Shown here: positions 17,944 to 27,625 of the stretch, in pieces
Layout: each line of letters opens with the position of its first letter
How positions within the stretch are numbered: the stretch's first letter is position 1
Assembly: GCA_963786935.1 (NCBI GenBank)
Contig: CAWBAN010000004.1
Span: 288,001-352,000 of the forward strand
Length of the DNA: 64,000 bases
Direction of reading: 5' to 3'
DNA from: an uncultured bacterium
GTDB lineage: Bacteria; Krumholzibacteriota; Krumholzibacteriia; Krumholzibacteriales; Krumholzibacteriaceae
Program-made: the position numbers and the translations under genes
Notes under the pieces: generated by a model
Database searches by the model: none
What the model was told of the DNA's origin: nothing
Seen by the model: only the letters and a program-made list of their open reading frames with translations

Positions 17944-20016
17944 ATGAAAAAACCGGCAAGGGCTCTATTCGTAATGATGGTCCTCGGATTGTCCGTTCAT
18001 CCTGGCGCGCTGCGGGCCGAAGAAGACTACAAGACATACACCCTGGGCGAGATTCTGGTGCTGGCCGAGAGGGCCGGCGTCAAGAATATCGCGATCAACA
18101 CGGAGATAACGCCGGAGGATCTTTCCGCGACGAACAGCCGCACCGTCGCGGAGGCCCTCCAGTATATTCCCGGCGTCCAGGTGACGATGGGAAGAAAGAT
18201 GGAAGCCAGCATTTCGATACACGGCTTCTCTCAGGATAAGGCGCTCATCCTCATCGACGGCGTGCCCTACTACGAGACGAAGTACGGCAAGTTCGACATG
18301 AATCAGCTCTCGATAGAGAACGTGGCGCGGATCGACGTGATCAAGGGCGCGGCGTCGGTGCTGTACGGCGCGAACGCCGAAGCCGGCGTCATCAACATCA
18401 TCACGAAGAAGGCCGCCGATCGGGCGTCATTTTCCGGAAAGGTCGAGGCCGGGGAGGACGGCGCCGCATCGGCGTACCTGTCGCATGGGATGAAGCGGGG
18501 GAGTCTGAGCTACTGGATTTCCTACATGCACCGGGAATGGGACGGATGGAAGGTCTCGGATGATTTCACGCCGAGGGACGGCATCGTGCAAACGGGCTCC
18601 GGCAGAAGGGCGAAGAGGGACACCACGGACATCGAGGACGGCGGCGTGCGCAACAACTCCGATTTCAGGGCCGACAATTTCTATGTGAAGCTCGGTCTCG
18701 AGCCCTCGGAAGACGCCGAGTATTTCTTGAACCTGCACTATTCCGCCACGGAAAAGGGGGACCCGCCCAACATCGATCTGGTGAAGATCTTTCCCGACCC
18801 GCCCGCTTTTTCGCAGTTCGACCGGATAACGACGTACGACAACTGGGGCGCCGATCTCAGCGGACGGAAGAAGCTGACCCCGGCATTCGGCTTGATGGGC
18901 AAGCTTTTCTATCACAACCATACGGACGACTATGTTTCCTACTCAGATGCTACCTACGATACCGCGATAGCCACGAGCCGGTATCAAGATTTCATCGCGG
19001 GCGGCATGGCGGTCGGCGATTACACGCTCGCCGGCTGGAACGTGCTGCGGGGAGCCGTCAACTACCGGCTGGACAACCATGAGCAGCGCGACGACGAATA
19101 CCTGCCATTCGAACGGAGCGCGTCCTATACGGGTTCGCTCGGCCTCGAGGATGAGTTGATACTTCTCGATTCGAAGCTCTCCGTCGTGGCGGGCATCGGG
19201 TACGACTGGTTCGACGTCAAGGAGGCGGAGGCCAACGAGATCGACGACGACGGAAATTTCGTGCGGCAGGTAGCTGCCGAGACCCCTGAGACTATGGCCG
19301 AGATCAATCCGATGATAGGGGCGAGCTTCCTCCTGAGCGACAAGACGAGGCTTTTCGCGTCCGCGGCCAGAAAGACCCGTTTCCCCACGCTCAGCGAATT
19401 ATACGGGTCGTCGGGCAATATAGATCTCGGGTCGGAAGTAAGCATGAACTACACGGCCGGCATATCGATGGCCGTGAGTAGAATGCTGAGCTTCGAAGTG
19501 GCCCCCTTCTATCATGACATATCCGATCGCATCAGCCGCGATTTCCCGTCCCCCGACGAGCTCTACTACAACGTCGCCGCGATCGAGATGCTCGGGATCG
19601 AAATCAACGCCGACATAGATCCCGTGAAGAGCCTGTCCTTCAACGTCGGTTACACCTACATCGACGCCGAGGACGTCAGCCCCGGCCGGGCGACGGAGAA
19701 TGTCACCGACGTGCCGGAATACAAGCTGGACGCGAGGCTCGAATACACGGCGCCGACGCTCGGCTCGCGCATCGCCCTGACCATGGCGATGTACGGAGAC
19801 TCCTACAGCCAGCTGCCGACCGCGACCGATCCGGAGACGGAAGTCGTGGAGAACGAGGGATTCACCGTTTTCGGCGCCACGTTCTTCCAGCCCTTCATGA
19901 CGCGATGGGAAGCGTATCTCACCGTGAGCAATCTGTCCGACGAAGACTACGAACCCGAAAGCGGATATCCGGCGCAGGGAAGAATCTTCTGGCTGGGCGT
20001 CTCCTACAAATACTAG
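17944..20016 (+). CDS. TonB-dependent receptor
   Basis: Signal peptide; TonB-box-like EILVLA; plug motifs LILIDGVP and RIDVIKGAASVLYGANA; C-terminal GRIFWLGVSYKY. Confidence 0.92.
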   Translation: MKKPARALFVMMVLGLSVHPGALRAEEDYKTYTLGEILVLAERAGVKNIAINTEITPEDLSATNSRTVAEALQYIPGVQVTMGRKMEASISIHGFSQDKALILIDGVPYYETKYGKFDMNQLSIENVARIDVIKGAASVLYGANAEAGVINIITKKAADRASFSGKVEAGEDGAASAYLSHGMKRGSLSYWISYMHREWDGWKVSDDFTPRDGIVQTGSGRRAKRDTTDIEDGGVRNNSDFRADNFYVKLGLEPSEDAEYFLNLHYSATEKGDPPNIDLVKIFPDPPAFSQFDRITTYDNWGADLSGRKKLTPAFGLMGKLFYHNHTDDYVSYSDATYDTAIATSRYQDFIAGGMAVGDYTLAGWNVLRGAVNYRLDNHEQRDDEYLPFERSASYTGSLGLEDELILLDSKLSVVAGIGYDWFDVKEAEANEIDDDGNFVRQVAAETPETMAEINPMIGASFLLSDKTRLFASAARKTRFPTLSELYGSSGNIDLGSEVSMNYTAGISMAVSRMLSFEVAPFYHDISDRISRDFPSPDELYYNVAAIEMLGIEINADIDPVKSLSFNVGYTYIDAEDVSPGRATENVTDVPEYKLDARLEYTAPTLGSRIALTMAMYGDSYSQLPTATDPETEVVENEGFTVFGATFFQPFMTRWEAYLTVSNLSDEDYEPESGYPAQGRIFWLGVSYKY

Positions 20017-20161
20017 AAAAGCCTCGAGCGGAAAAGTGTCGGAAAGAGCGGAATCGCCCATTTCGGAATATGGGCGAACGTGCTATAATTATGACCTCTT
20101 ATAACAATGTTGGGACCCCGGCGCAGAGCCGGCAAGGCTCCAACGGAGGGGGAATTCCGCC

Positions 20162-21862
20162 ATGAATAAATCACTATTCGTTCTTCTGCTTGCCGCGGTG
20201 GCTCTCGCCCTGGTCGGATGCTCCGACGATCACGGCGTCAATCCGCAGCCCAAAACCGATGGGACGTACGGAAAGCTGGGCGTGTCCTCCGCGACAATCG
20301 GTCCCAGCGAAATCGTTCTCTGCATGGATGTGTCGGACAGCATATCCGCCGGCGAGCTGGAAGCCATGGTCAACGGCCTCGGCGGGTGCCTGTCGGATCA
20401 GTCGCTGATCCCGACGGACGGCACGGTTTCGTTCGCCCTCGTTGTATACGGGGACACGATCGCCACGGTGTTGGACCGGACGACGGTCACGCCCGACAAT
20501 CTCACGAACGTCATTCTGCCTGCGCTGCAGGGGCTCCTCGCCGATCGCGTGGTCGCCGGAGGGGGATTCGATCTCTCGGGAGCTCTCGACGAGGCTCTCG
20601 CGATCCTCGGCGCGGCGTCGGTTCTCGACAAGCACGTCCTCATCGTGGGGAGTGGCGCCGCCGACGATCCCGCCGCGGTCGAGACCTCGTGCGCGGCTCT
20701 CGCGAACGCGGGCGTGATGGTGTCCGCTCTCGCCGTGGGCGCCACCGATGCGGGCGCGGCGCTCCTGAACGGCTGCGCGGTTGCAACGGGCGGCTTCTTC
20801 GGCACGGGAGTGGCCTGCGGAGACGCCCTGGCGTACATGCTTCAGGTGGATATCGATCTCGAGCCGGAGAGCGCGGAGCTCTCCCGCGGTCAAGAGCATA
20901 CCGTTACGGCGACCGTTTTCCGCGGCGCCGTTCCCGGCGTATATCCGGAAGCGGGCCTCGACGTCATCATCGAGATCGTGGCGGGGCCCAACGCGCCGGC
21001 CGCCGACACGATGGCGACCGACACCGCGGGCGTCGCCGCGTTCACGTATACGGGTGACGGCGGTCCGGGTATCGACGTAATCGTGGCCACGGTGCTGCAC
21101 CCGGGCACGGGCCTGGCGCTCGCCGACACCGTCACCGCGACCTGGCTCAACGCGCCGCCCGTGTGCGACGCCGGCGGCCCGTACGAGGCGGTTGTGACCG
21201 GTGACACGGTTCGCGTGACGCTCGATGCGAGCGCCTCCTCCGACGCCGACGGCGATCCGCTCAGCTTCCTCTGGACGGCGCTCTGCGAAGGAGCCTCGTT
21301 CGACGACGTACATGCCGTGTCCCCCGTCCTGACGCTCACGGGGGATTGCCTGTGCGCCGATTCGGTCATCGCGCTGGTGATGGTGAGCGACGGCATCGAT
21401 ACGACGATGTGCGAAGCCGCGGTCCGGATCGACGATCGCCGCCCGCCGATCATCGTGATGCGCGAGGAGCCGCTTGGTCAGTGGCCGCCGAACCACAAGT
21501 ATCACACGGTGACGCCCCAGATGTTGGTCGTGTCGGTCACGGACGCATGCGGTCATCCGATCGACATGGCGTCGGGGCTGGTCGTGGAGGTCCGGAGCGA
21601 CGAACCGGATGACGCCAATGGCGACGGGAAGACGATCAACGATATCCGGGTGACGTGCCCGAACGGCGTCGATCTCCGCTCGGAGCGGATGGGGGGCGGG
21701 AACGGCCGCGTCTACACGATCGTGTACCGGTATTTCACCGAGAACGGCGTGAGCGCCGACGCGGAGGGTTATGTCGTCGTGCCGCACGACGCGTCCGACA
21801 AGACCGCCGTCGACGACGGCGCGCTGTATACGATAACTCCGGCGTGCGGGGGAAGCCGGTGA
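20162..21862 (+). CDS. vWA-domain lipoprotein with Ig/PKD domains and C-terminal WPPNHK domain
   Basis: Lipobox LVGC; MIDAS DVSDS; NAPPVCDAGGPY..LDASASSDADGDPLSF.W; WPPNHKY..LRSERMGGGNGRVYTI. Confidence 0.82.
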   Translation: MNKSLFVLLLAAVALALVGCSDDHGVNPQPKTDGTYGKLGVSSATIGPSEIVLCMDVSDSISAGELEAMVNGLGGCLSDQSLIPTDGTVSFALVVYGDTIATVLDRTTVTPDNLTNVILPALQGLLADRVVAGGGFDLSGALDEALAILGAASVLDKHVLIVGSGAADDPAAVETSCAALANAGVMVSALAVGATDAGAALLNGCAVATGGFFGTGVACGDALAYMLQVDIDLEPESAELSRGQEHTVTATVFRGAVPGVYPEAGLDVIIEIVAGPNAPAADTMATDTAGVAAFTYTGDGGPGIDVIVATVLHPGTGLALADTVTATWLNAPPVCDAGGPYEAVVTGDTVRVTLDASASSDADGDPLSFLWTALCEGASFDDVHAVSPVLTLTGDCLCADSVIALVMVSDGIDTTMCEAAVRIDDRRPPIIVMREEPLGQWPPNHKYHTVTPQMLVVSVTDACGHPIDMASGLVVEVRSDEPDDANGDGKTINDIRVTCPNGVDLRSERMGGGNGRVYTIVYRYFTENGVSADAEGYVVVPHDASDKTAVDDGALYTITPACGGSR

Positions 21863-21936
21863 GCGCGGCGCATCGGTTGGACTGAACCGGAATTCGATTG
21901 AACCGAAGAGTGCCGGATGCCATGTCCGGCGGCGTT

Positions 21937-21971
21937 AAAAGGGGGCGACGGGTGAACCGCCGCCCCCTTTT
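21937..21971. terminator. Bidirectional intrinsic terminator
   Basis: AAAAGGGGGCG...CGCCCCCTTTT between convergent genes. Confidence 0.8.
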
Positions 21972-21982
21972 CGTATCGCGGG

Positions 21983-23773
21983 CTACCTCGCCGTCTTGAA
22001 CTTCCAGGCGGCGGACCAGGCGCTCGTGCCGTACACATTGGTCGCGGCGACGCGCCAGTAATACAACGTGTTCCTGTTGAGCCCCACGATCATCCACGTT
22101 TGCTGGAGGTTCTTCTCGTTGACCACCAGCGTCTTGAACGTGGATGCGGTGGACACCTGAAGCTTCCACGATGTCGCGTTCCCCGAAGCGCTCCAGATCA
22201 GACCGGGCGTCGGCGACACGTTCGTGGCGCCGTTCGCGGGGGAGGCGAGCAGCGGCACCGGCGGCGGCACCGCCGGCTCGGTGGTGAAGCTCCGGACCGC
22301 CGACCACGCGCTCGTGCCGGCGGAGCTCGTCGCGTTCACGCGCCAGTAGTACGTCGTGTTTCCCACGAGACCGGAGGCGGTCGCCGACGTTGTGGTGAGA
22401 CCGGCCTGGTCGTATCTGATCGTCGTGAACGCGGAGCTCGTGGCGATCTGCACGCGATAGGTTTCCGCGCCGGAAGATACGTTCCACCCGACGGGAGCCG
22501 CGACCGGCACGCCCGTGCCGTTGTTCGCCGGGTAGCTCAGCGTGGGCGTCGCCGGGAAGCTCGGGGGCATCGTGCCGAAGACGACATAGAGGAGCCTGTT
22601 CGGCGTATCGGCCGGCACGTAGCTCACGACGTCCGGCGTCGCCTGATTGACGATCGCCGCGTGCACCGTCGCCGGCGCCGCCGTCGGATTCGCCTGGAGA
22701 TACAGCGCGACGGCCCCCGCGACATGGGGAGATGCCATCGAGGTGCCCGACATGAGGGCCGTTCCGTAGTCCGATGTCGGGAACGCCGACATGATGTCGA
22801 CACCCGGCGCCTCGAGATCCACGACGCTCCCGTAGTTCGAGAAATAGGCGAACTCGTCGACGTTGCTGGTGGCCCCGATGGTGAGCGCCTCGGTGACGGC
22901 GGCGGGGGAGACGTTCACCGCTTCGTCGGTCTCGTTCCCGGCCGCGACGCAGTACGTCACGCCGGCCGCGATGGAATTTCTGACCGCCTGATCGACCGCC
23001 ATGTCCCGGGGGCCGCCGAGGGACATGTTGGCGACCGCGGGATCGATGTGGTTGGCGGTGACCCAGTCGACGCCGGCGAGGATCTGGAAGTAGGTGCCGT
23101 CGCCGTTGTTGTCGAGCACGCGGACGGCGTACAGATTGACGCCCTTGGCGACGCCGTAGGTCGTGCCGCCGATGGTCCCCGCCACGTGCGTCCCGTGGCC
23201 GTGGCCGTCGTTGCCCGTGCCCCCCTCGTCGATCGCGTCGAAACCGAAGAGAGCCCGGCCGCCGAATTCGTTGTGGGTCAGGCGAATGCCGGTGTCGATG
23301 ACGTACACGTTCACGCCGGCGCCCGTATAGGAGTAGGTGTACGAGCCGCTCAGCGGGAGCGCCCGCTGATCGACGCGATCCAGCCCCCACGTGACGGGGG
23401 ATTGCGTCGCGTCGACGTGCACGATCTGATTCTGCTCGATGTACGCCACCCGCGAATCGTAGCGCAGCGCTTCGACCATGGCCGGATTCAGCTTGCCGGC
23501 GAATCCCTTGATGGCGTGCCTATAGGTGAAGTCGGTCTTGAATCCGTGCTTCCTGCTCAGCTCGCCGACGCTCGCGGGAACGTCCGGCACGTTATCCTTG
23601 AATACGACGATGTACTCCCCGGCGACGTAGTCCGCCTTCGGGGTGCTGTTGAAGAGGGGCGCCTGTACGTTCAAGCTCTGTCCCGGCGGCGCCACCGGTT
23701 CCTGCGAACATCCCATGAACACGGCGGCGAGCGCCAGGGCGATGATGATCGGCCAACGAAGAGAGCGATTCAC
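21983..23773 (-). CDS. S8 subtilase (proteinase K/aqualysin-like) lipoprotein with I9 prodomain and two FN3-like domains
   Basis: Catalytic triad VIDTG, HGTHVAG, GTSMASP; lipobox FMGC; GTG start after AAGGAGG. Confidence 0.93.
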   Translation of the reverse strand: MNRSLRWPIIIALALAAVFMGCSQEPVAPPGQSLNVQAPLFNSTPKADYVAGEYIVVFKDNVPDVPASVGELSRKHGFKTDFTYRHAIKGFAGKLNPAMVEALRYDSRVAYIEQNQIVHVDATQSPVTWGLDRVDQRALPLSGSYTYSYTGAGVNVYVIDTGIRLTHNEFGGRALFGFDAIDEGGTGNDGHGHGTHVAGTIGGTTYGVAKGVNLYAVRVLDNNGDGTYFQILAGVDWVTANHIDPAVANMSLGGPRDMAVDQAVRNSIAAGVTYCVAAGNETDEAVNVSPAAVTEALTIGATSNVDEFAYFSNYGSVVDLEAPGVDIMSAFPTSDYGTALMSGTSMASPHVAGAVALYLQANPTAAPATVHAAIVNQATPDVVSYVPADTPNRLLYVVFGTMPPSFPATPTLSYPANNGTGVPVAAPVGWNVSSGAETYRVQIATSSAFTTIRYDQAGLTTTSATASGLVGNTTYYWRVNATSSAGTSAWSAVRSFTTEPAVPPPVPLLASPANGATNVSPTPGLIWSASGNATSWKLQVSTASTFKTLVVNEKNLQQTWMIVGLNRNTLYYWRVAATNVYGTSAWSAAWKFKTAR

Positions 23774-23940
23774 GTCGACCTCCTTGCGCGAGTGTTCCTG
23801 ATGGCTCTGCGCCTCGAGACGGCGCAGATAACGATGGCGGATGTCCCCTTGCTGGAAGGTGCGCACCTCCTTTGCGGATGTCTCGGCGAGAGGAAATTAA
23901 GAAAGAGCGGCGCGGGGCCGTTCGGTGTAATCCGGCAGCC

Positions 23941-23967
23941 GCGACCCGACCTGAAGGGTCGGGTCGC
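23941..23967. repeat. Perfect GC-rich inverted repeat (REP-like hairpin)
   Basis: GCGACCCGACC-tgaag-GGTCGGGTCGC, 11-bp stem without a U tract. Confidence 0.6.
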
Positions 23968-24029
23968 ATTATGCCACAATACTCATGACTGCATCGCCGG
24001 CATGTTTATCGCGCGGCAACCGGGCGTTC

Positions 24030-24797
24030 TCAGCGCCCGAACGGAATCGCGACTCCCGCCTGGATGCCGATCCCGCTGTTGTAGCTGTCGTGCCCCGTCG
24101 TCGTGTTGTCGATCGTCGTGAAGCCGCGGCCCCAGCGCGCGTCGAGCAGCAGATCGACCTTGCCGAGCGCATACGAGAGCGAGAACCCGAGGACCCCGCC
24201 GATCTGGATATCCTCGATTATCGTGTCGGCGTCCCGAGTCTCGTCGACGGCTACTATCTCATGCGTCGTATCGGGCTCATCGAATTTTGCCTCGCCCTTC
24301 AGCTGCACCTCGGCCGATGCGCAGTACGCGAACGTGGGGCCGAAGAAGGCGTGAAGCCGGAGACGGCCTTGCTCGTCGGCTTTGAAAGAGAATACCGCCA
24401 GCACGGGCATCTCGACGTAGTCGAGGTTCAGCAGCAGGGTGCCGTCGAACTCGGCCAGCTGCGGGTTCTGGTTCGGCCGCTCCATGATCGCGGTTCCGGA
24501 GACAGGGCCTTCTCCGCCCTGTTGCACGTACTGGACTTCGGCCTGGACCCCGAAGAAATCGCTGAAATTAACCTTCAAATACGCACCGCCGACGAACCCG
24601 AGACGGTCATCGCCGACCGAGCCGGCGAGATCGCCGTTATCCCCGGCGACAAAGGCGCTGACCGGATCTCCAATCAGTTTCGCCGAGTTCATGCCCAGCT
24701 TGAGCCCTGTCTCCCAGGTGACGCCGTATGCAGCGCCGCACGCGAGCGCGATAACGAGCAGGCCGGCGGCGGCCACTTTGACGGGGTGCAGTTTCAT
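24030..24797 (-). CDS. PorT/porin-family outer-membrane beta-barrel, paralog 1
   Basis: Signal peptide; GLKLGMNSA..GVQAEVQYVQQG..LDYVEMPVL..LDARWGRGF. Confidence 0.8.
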   Translation of the reverse strand: MKLHPVKVAAAGLLVIALACGAAYGVTWETGLKLGMNSAKLIGDPVSAFVAGDNGDLAGSVGDDRLGFVGGAYLKVNFSDFFGVQAEVQYVQQGGEGPVSGTAIMERPNQNPQLAEFDGTLLLNLDYVEMPVLAVFSFKADEQGRLRLHAFFGPTFAYCASAEVQLKGEAKFDEPDTTHEIVAVDETRDADTIIEDIQIGGVLGFSLSYALGKVDLLLDARWGRGFTTIDNTTTGHDSYNSGIGIQAGVAIPFGR

Positions 24798-24947
24798 GCG
24801 AATTCCCTCCTTGTTCCTTCCGTGAATCGACAACTCCGGAGATCCGTATAAGCGCACGCTATTATGAGGCTTCGCCCGTCGATCCTCAAGGGCTTTTTCT
24901 GTCTCCGCGGGCCGGGATCGCCTGAGGCGATGACCGCCGCCCGGCCG

Positions 24948-25721
24948 TCATCGGCTCCCGAGCGGAAAGGCGAATCCCGCCATGAGGTCGACGCCGCTGG
25001 TGAAGCTGCTGCGTTCGTTCACCGTGTTGTCGATCGTGGTGAGGCCGCGGCCCCATCGCGCATCGAGCAGCATTTCCATGCCGGCGTACGCGTACGATAT
25101 GGAAATGCCGATAAGGGCGCCGACCTCGAAATCCTCGACCCACGGCCCGGCGTCCTTGGCCTCGTCGACGAGGAAGCTCTGCTCGTCGAGCGGCAGTGTC
25201 GGATTATAGGCTTGCCCCTCGAGCCGCATCTCGGCAGCCGCGTTATAGGAAAACGTGGGGCCGACGAGCCCGCGCAGCGACAACCGTCCGCTCTCCGTGG
25301 GCTTGAGCGTGAATACCGCCAGGACGGGCATCTCGACGCAGTCGAGCACGAGCGTCAGGGTGCCGTCGAACGTGGACTCCAGCGGCACTTGGTTCGGCGG
25401 AGTGACGACCGCGGTCCCCTCTGCGGGGCCTTCTCCGCCCTTCTGCTTGTAGAGTATCTCGGCCTGGATCCCGAAGAAGCGATTGAAGTCGGCCCGCGCA
25501 TATCCGCCGCCCATGAATCCGATCCTGGAGTCGTCGATCGCGCCCGCAAGCTGCGCGTCGCCCTCGCCGAGCCAGGCGGAAACCGGATCCCCCGCCAGCA
25601 TCGAATTGGTAATGCCCGCCTTCAGCCCCGCCTCCCACGTGATTCCGTATGCAACGCCGCTTCCGAGCGCAGCGAGAACCGCCGTCGTGAGAACGGTCAG
25701 CTTGATGGAATGCAGATTCAT
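24948..25721 (-). CDS. PorT/porin-family outer-membrane beta-barrel, paralog 2
   Basis: Same motifs as paralog 1 (GIQAEILYKQKG, VEMPVLAVF, LDARWGRG); SD GGAG before ATG 25721. Confidence 0.8.
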   Translation of the reverse strand: MNLHSIKLTVLTTAVLAALGSGVAYGITWEAGLKAGITNSMLAGDPVSAWLGEGDAQLAGAIDDSRIGFMGGGYARADFNRFFGIQAEILYKQKGGEGPAEGTAVVTPPNQVPLESTFDGTLTLVLDCVEMPVLAVFTLKPTESGRLSLRGLVGPTFSYNAAAEMRLEGQAYNPTLPLDEQSFLVDEAKDAGPWVEDFEVGALIGISISYAYAGMEMLLDARWGRGLTTIDNTVNERSSFTSGVDLMAGFAFPLGSR

Positions 25722-26255
25722 CGGAGGCCCCTCCTTGGTCTTGTGTGGTGATCGATAGATCCGCGCGCGCAGCCGCGATTGTACTTCATTCTCCGGCGAT
25801 ATACAAGTCGAGCATCGACCCAACGGCCCGGCCGCATCTTGCAGCATAAAATCCAACCCGAAGACCCATAGACTCCCTGACGGCGTGAGCGGCCGGTTGC
25901 CCCCTCGCCATCCGTTTCGAGGAACAGCAGCGCGTCGGGGCGCAGCTCGATGACGCTGTCGGACCAGTGGTAGAGGGGAATCGTGAGCCCGCCCCCGCAG
26001 GCGAGCGACAGGTCGTGATCGTACTGCACCCACTCGTAGATATCGAGTTTCGGGAACAGCAAGAGTTCGGCGCGCCAGTCGGCGTCGACCAGTCTTCCGT
26101 TTCCCGACCTCGACCATCATCGGCCAAGCCGGATCTTGACACGGAATGGAATTTCCCATAGAAACAGAATCACGGCGCCTTCGACACAGGGGACGGGAAA
26201 AAGAGTTCCTCATCTGCGACCGCAGCAACACCGTGAAGAATATCTTCCCGAAAAA

Positions 26256-26285
26256 GTGTAACCCGTCCCCTCAAGCGCCGTCTCA
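26256..26285 (+). promoter_or_regulatory. Putative ECF-sigma autoregulatory promoter
   Basis: GTGTAAC-N16-CGTCTCA, 38 nt before the sigma gene; same motif at 28895. Confidence 0.75.
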
Positions 26286-26323
26286 TCGAATGGAACCGAT
26301 CCGCCCGGGAGGGCCCCGAGAGA

Positions 26324-26923
26324 ATGATTGACCAGGACGAACAGATAGTCCGTGCGGTCCAGGCGGGCCGGACCGAGGCGTTCGCCGGGCTCGTAAGCCG
26401 CCACAAGGACAGGGTGTACGCGATCCTGCTCCGTCTCGTCCGGGATCCGGACACGGCCGAAGAGCTCGCGCAGGAGGCCTTTGTCCGCGCGTGGCGCGGG
26501 ATCGACGGTTTCCGGGGGCGGGCGCTCTTTGCGACCTGGCTTGTCCAGATCGCGATCCATCTGGCCCGCGACCGGATGCGCGAGCGTCGTCGGAGCCGGA
26601 CGGTGTCGCTCGACGAGCTTCTCGAGAAAAGCGCCGACGACTCGGCGCTCGTGGACACGAGGTCGCGACACGATCCGTCGTCGGAGGTGAGCGACAACGA
26701 CATGATGAAACGTCTCGAGGCGGCGCTCGGCGATCTCCCGCCCGCCTATCGCGAAGTCTTCGTGCTTCACCATATCGAAGACGTACCGTATGAGGAGATC
26801 GCATCGCTGACGGGAGACTCGGTGGGGTCTCTGAAAGTGAGGGCGCACCGCGCGCGAAAACTTCTCAGAGAGGCGATCTCTCCCGACGCGGAATTCGTCG
26901 CGCCGGAGGACAAGGCGGATTGA
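26324..26923 (+). CDS. ECF RNA polymerase sigma factor
   Basis: AEELAQEAF..FATWLVQIA (region 2); LPPAYREVFVL..YEEIA..GSLKVRAHRAR (region 4). Confidence 0.93.
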   Translation: MIDQDEQIVRAVQAGRTEAFAGLVSRHKDRVYAILLRLVRDPDTAEELAQEAFVRAWRGIDGFRGRALFATWLVQIAIHLARDRMRERRRSRTVSLDELLEKSADDSALVDTRSRHDPSSEVSDNDMMKRLEAALGDLPPAYREVFVLHHIEDVPYEEIASLTGDSVGSLKVRAHRARKLLREAISPDAEFVAPEDKAD

Positions 26924-26950
26924 GCCAAACGAAAAGAAGGTGAGACTGCC

Positions 26951-27625
26951 ATGGACGCCCTTTTTGCACGCTATTTCGACGGAGAACTGAACGATCGCGA
27001 GGCGCGGGAGTTTCTCGAAGCGATCGCGGCGGATCCACGTCTTGAAAAAGAGCTCCGCGATTTCGAGCGTGTGCTCGCGCTCGGCAAGGCGCTTCCCGTG
27101 CCGAAAGCCCCGGCGGGGTTTGCGGAGCGAGTCATGGCGCGGATTTCTCTCGAGGAAAAGAGGGAGACCGGGCCCGAAAGAAAACCGTTCCGGCTTCCCG
27201 TAATCGGGATCCGCTGGACGGGTGTCGCGGTCGCCGCGGCGGCGATCGCGCTCGCCTACATCGGCGGCATGTATACCGCGCGCAACCGTCCCGTCACGCC
27301 GGCGACAACTTTGGGAACCGGCCCCGGCTTCGTCAACCAGGCCGCCGCGGAATCCGGACTGCGGTATGTCCGTCTCGCATACGTCCCCAGCAATCCGTCG
27401 GTTGAAAAGGTGACCGTTGTGGGGAGTTTCAACAACTGGGACCCGGAAGCGACCCCGCTGCAGCGCCAGGATGGCGTGTGGAGCACGATTCTCGTTCTCG
27501 CGCCGGGGAACTACGAGTACATGTTCTTCGAAAACAGCGCTCGCTGGGTGATCGATCCGCTCGCCGCGCAGACAAGGGACGACGGCTTTGGAGGCTCGAA
27601 TGCAGTCCTCGAAGTGGGGACGTAA
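26951..27625 (+). CDS. Anti-sigma factor with TM helix and C-terminal glycogen-binding (CBM48/AMPK-beta-like) domain
   Basis: YFDGEL anti-sigma N-terminus without zinc ligands; TM helix; VTVVGSFNNW..GVW...L.PGNYEYMF..WVIDP..DDGFGG.NAVL. Confidence 0.85.
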   Translation: MDALFARYFDGELNDREAREFLEAIAADPRLEKELRDFERVLALGKALPVPKAPAGFAERVMARISLEEKRETGPERKPFRLPVIGIRWTGVAVAAAAIALAYIGGMYTARNRPVTPATTLGTGPGFVNQAAAESGLRYVRLAYVPSNPSVEKVTVVGSFNNWDPEATPLQRQDGVWSTILVLAPGNYEYMFFENSARWVIDPLAAQTRDDGFGGSNAVLEVGT

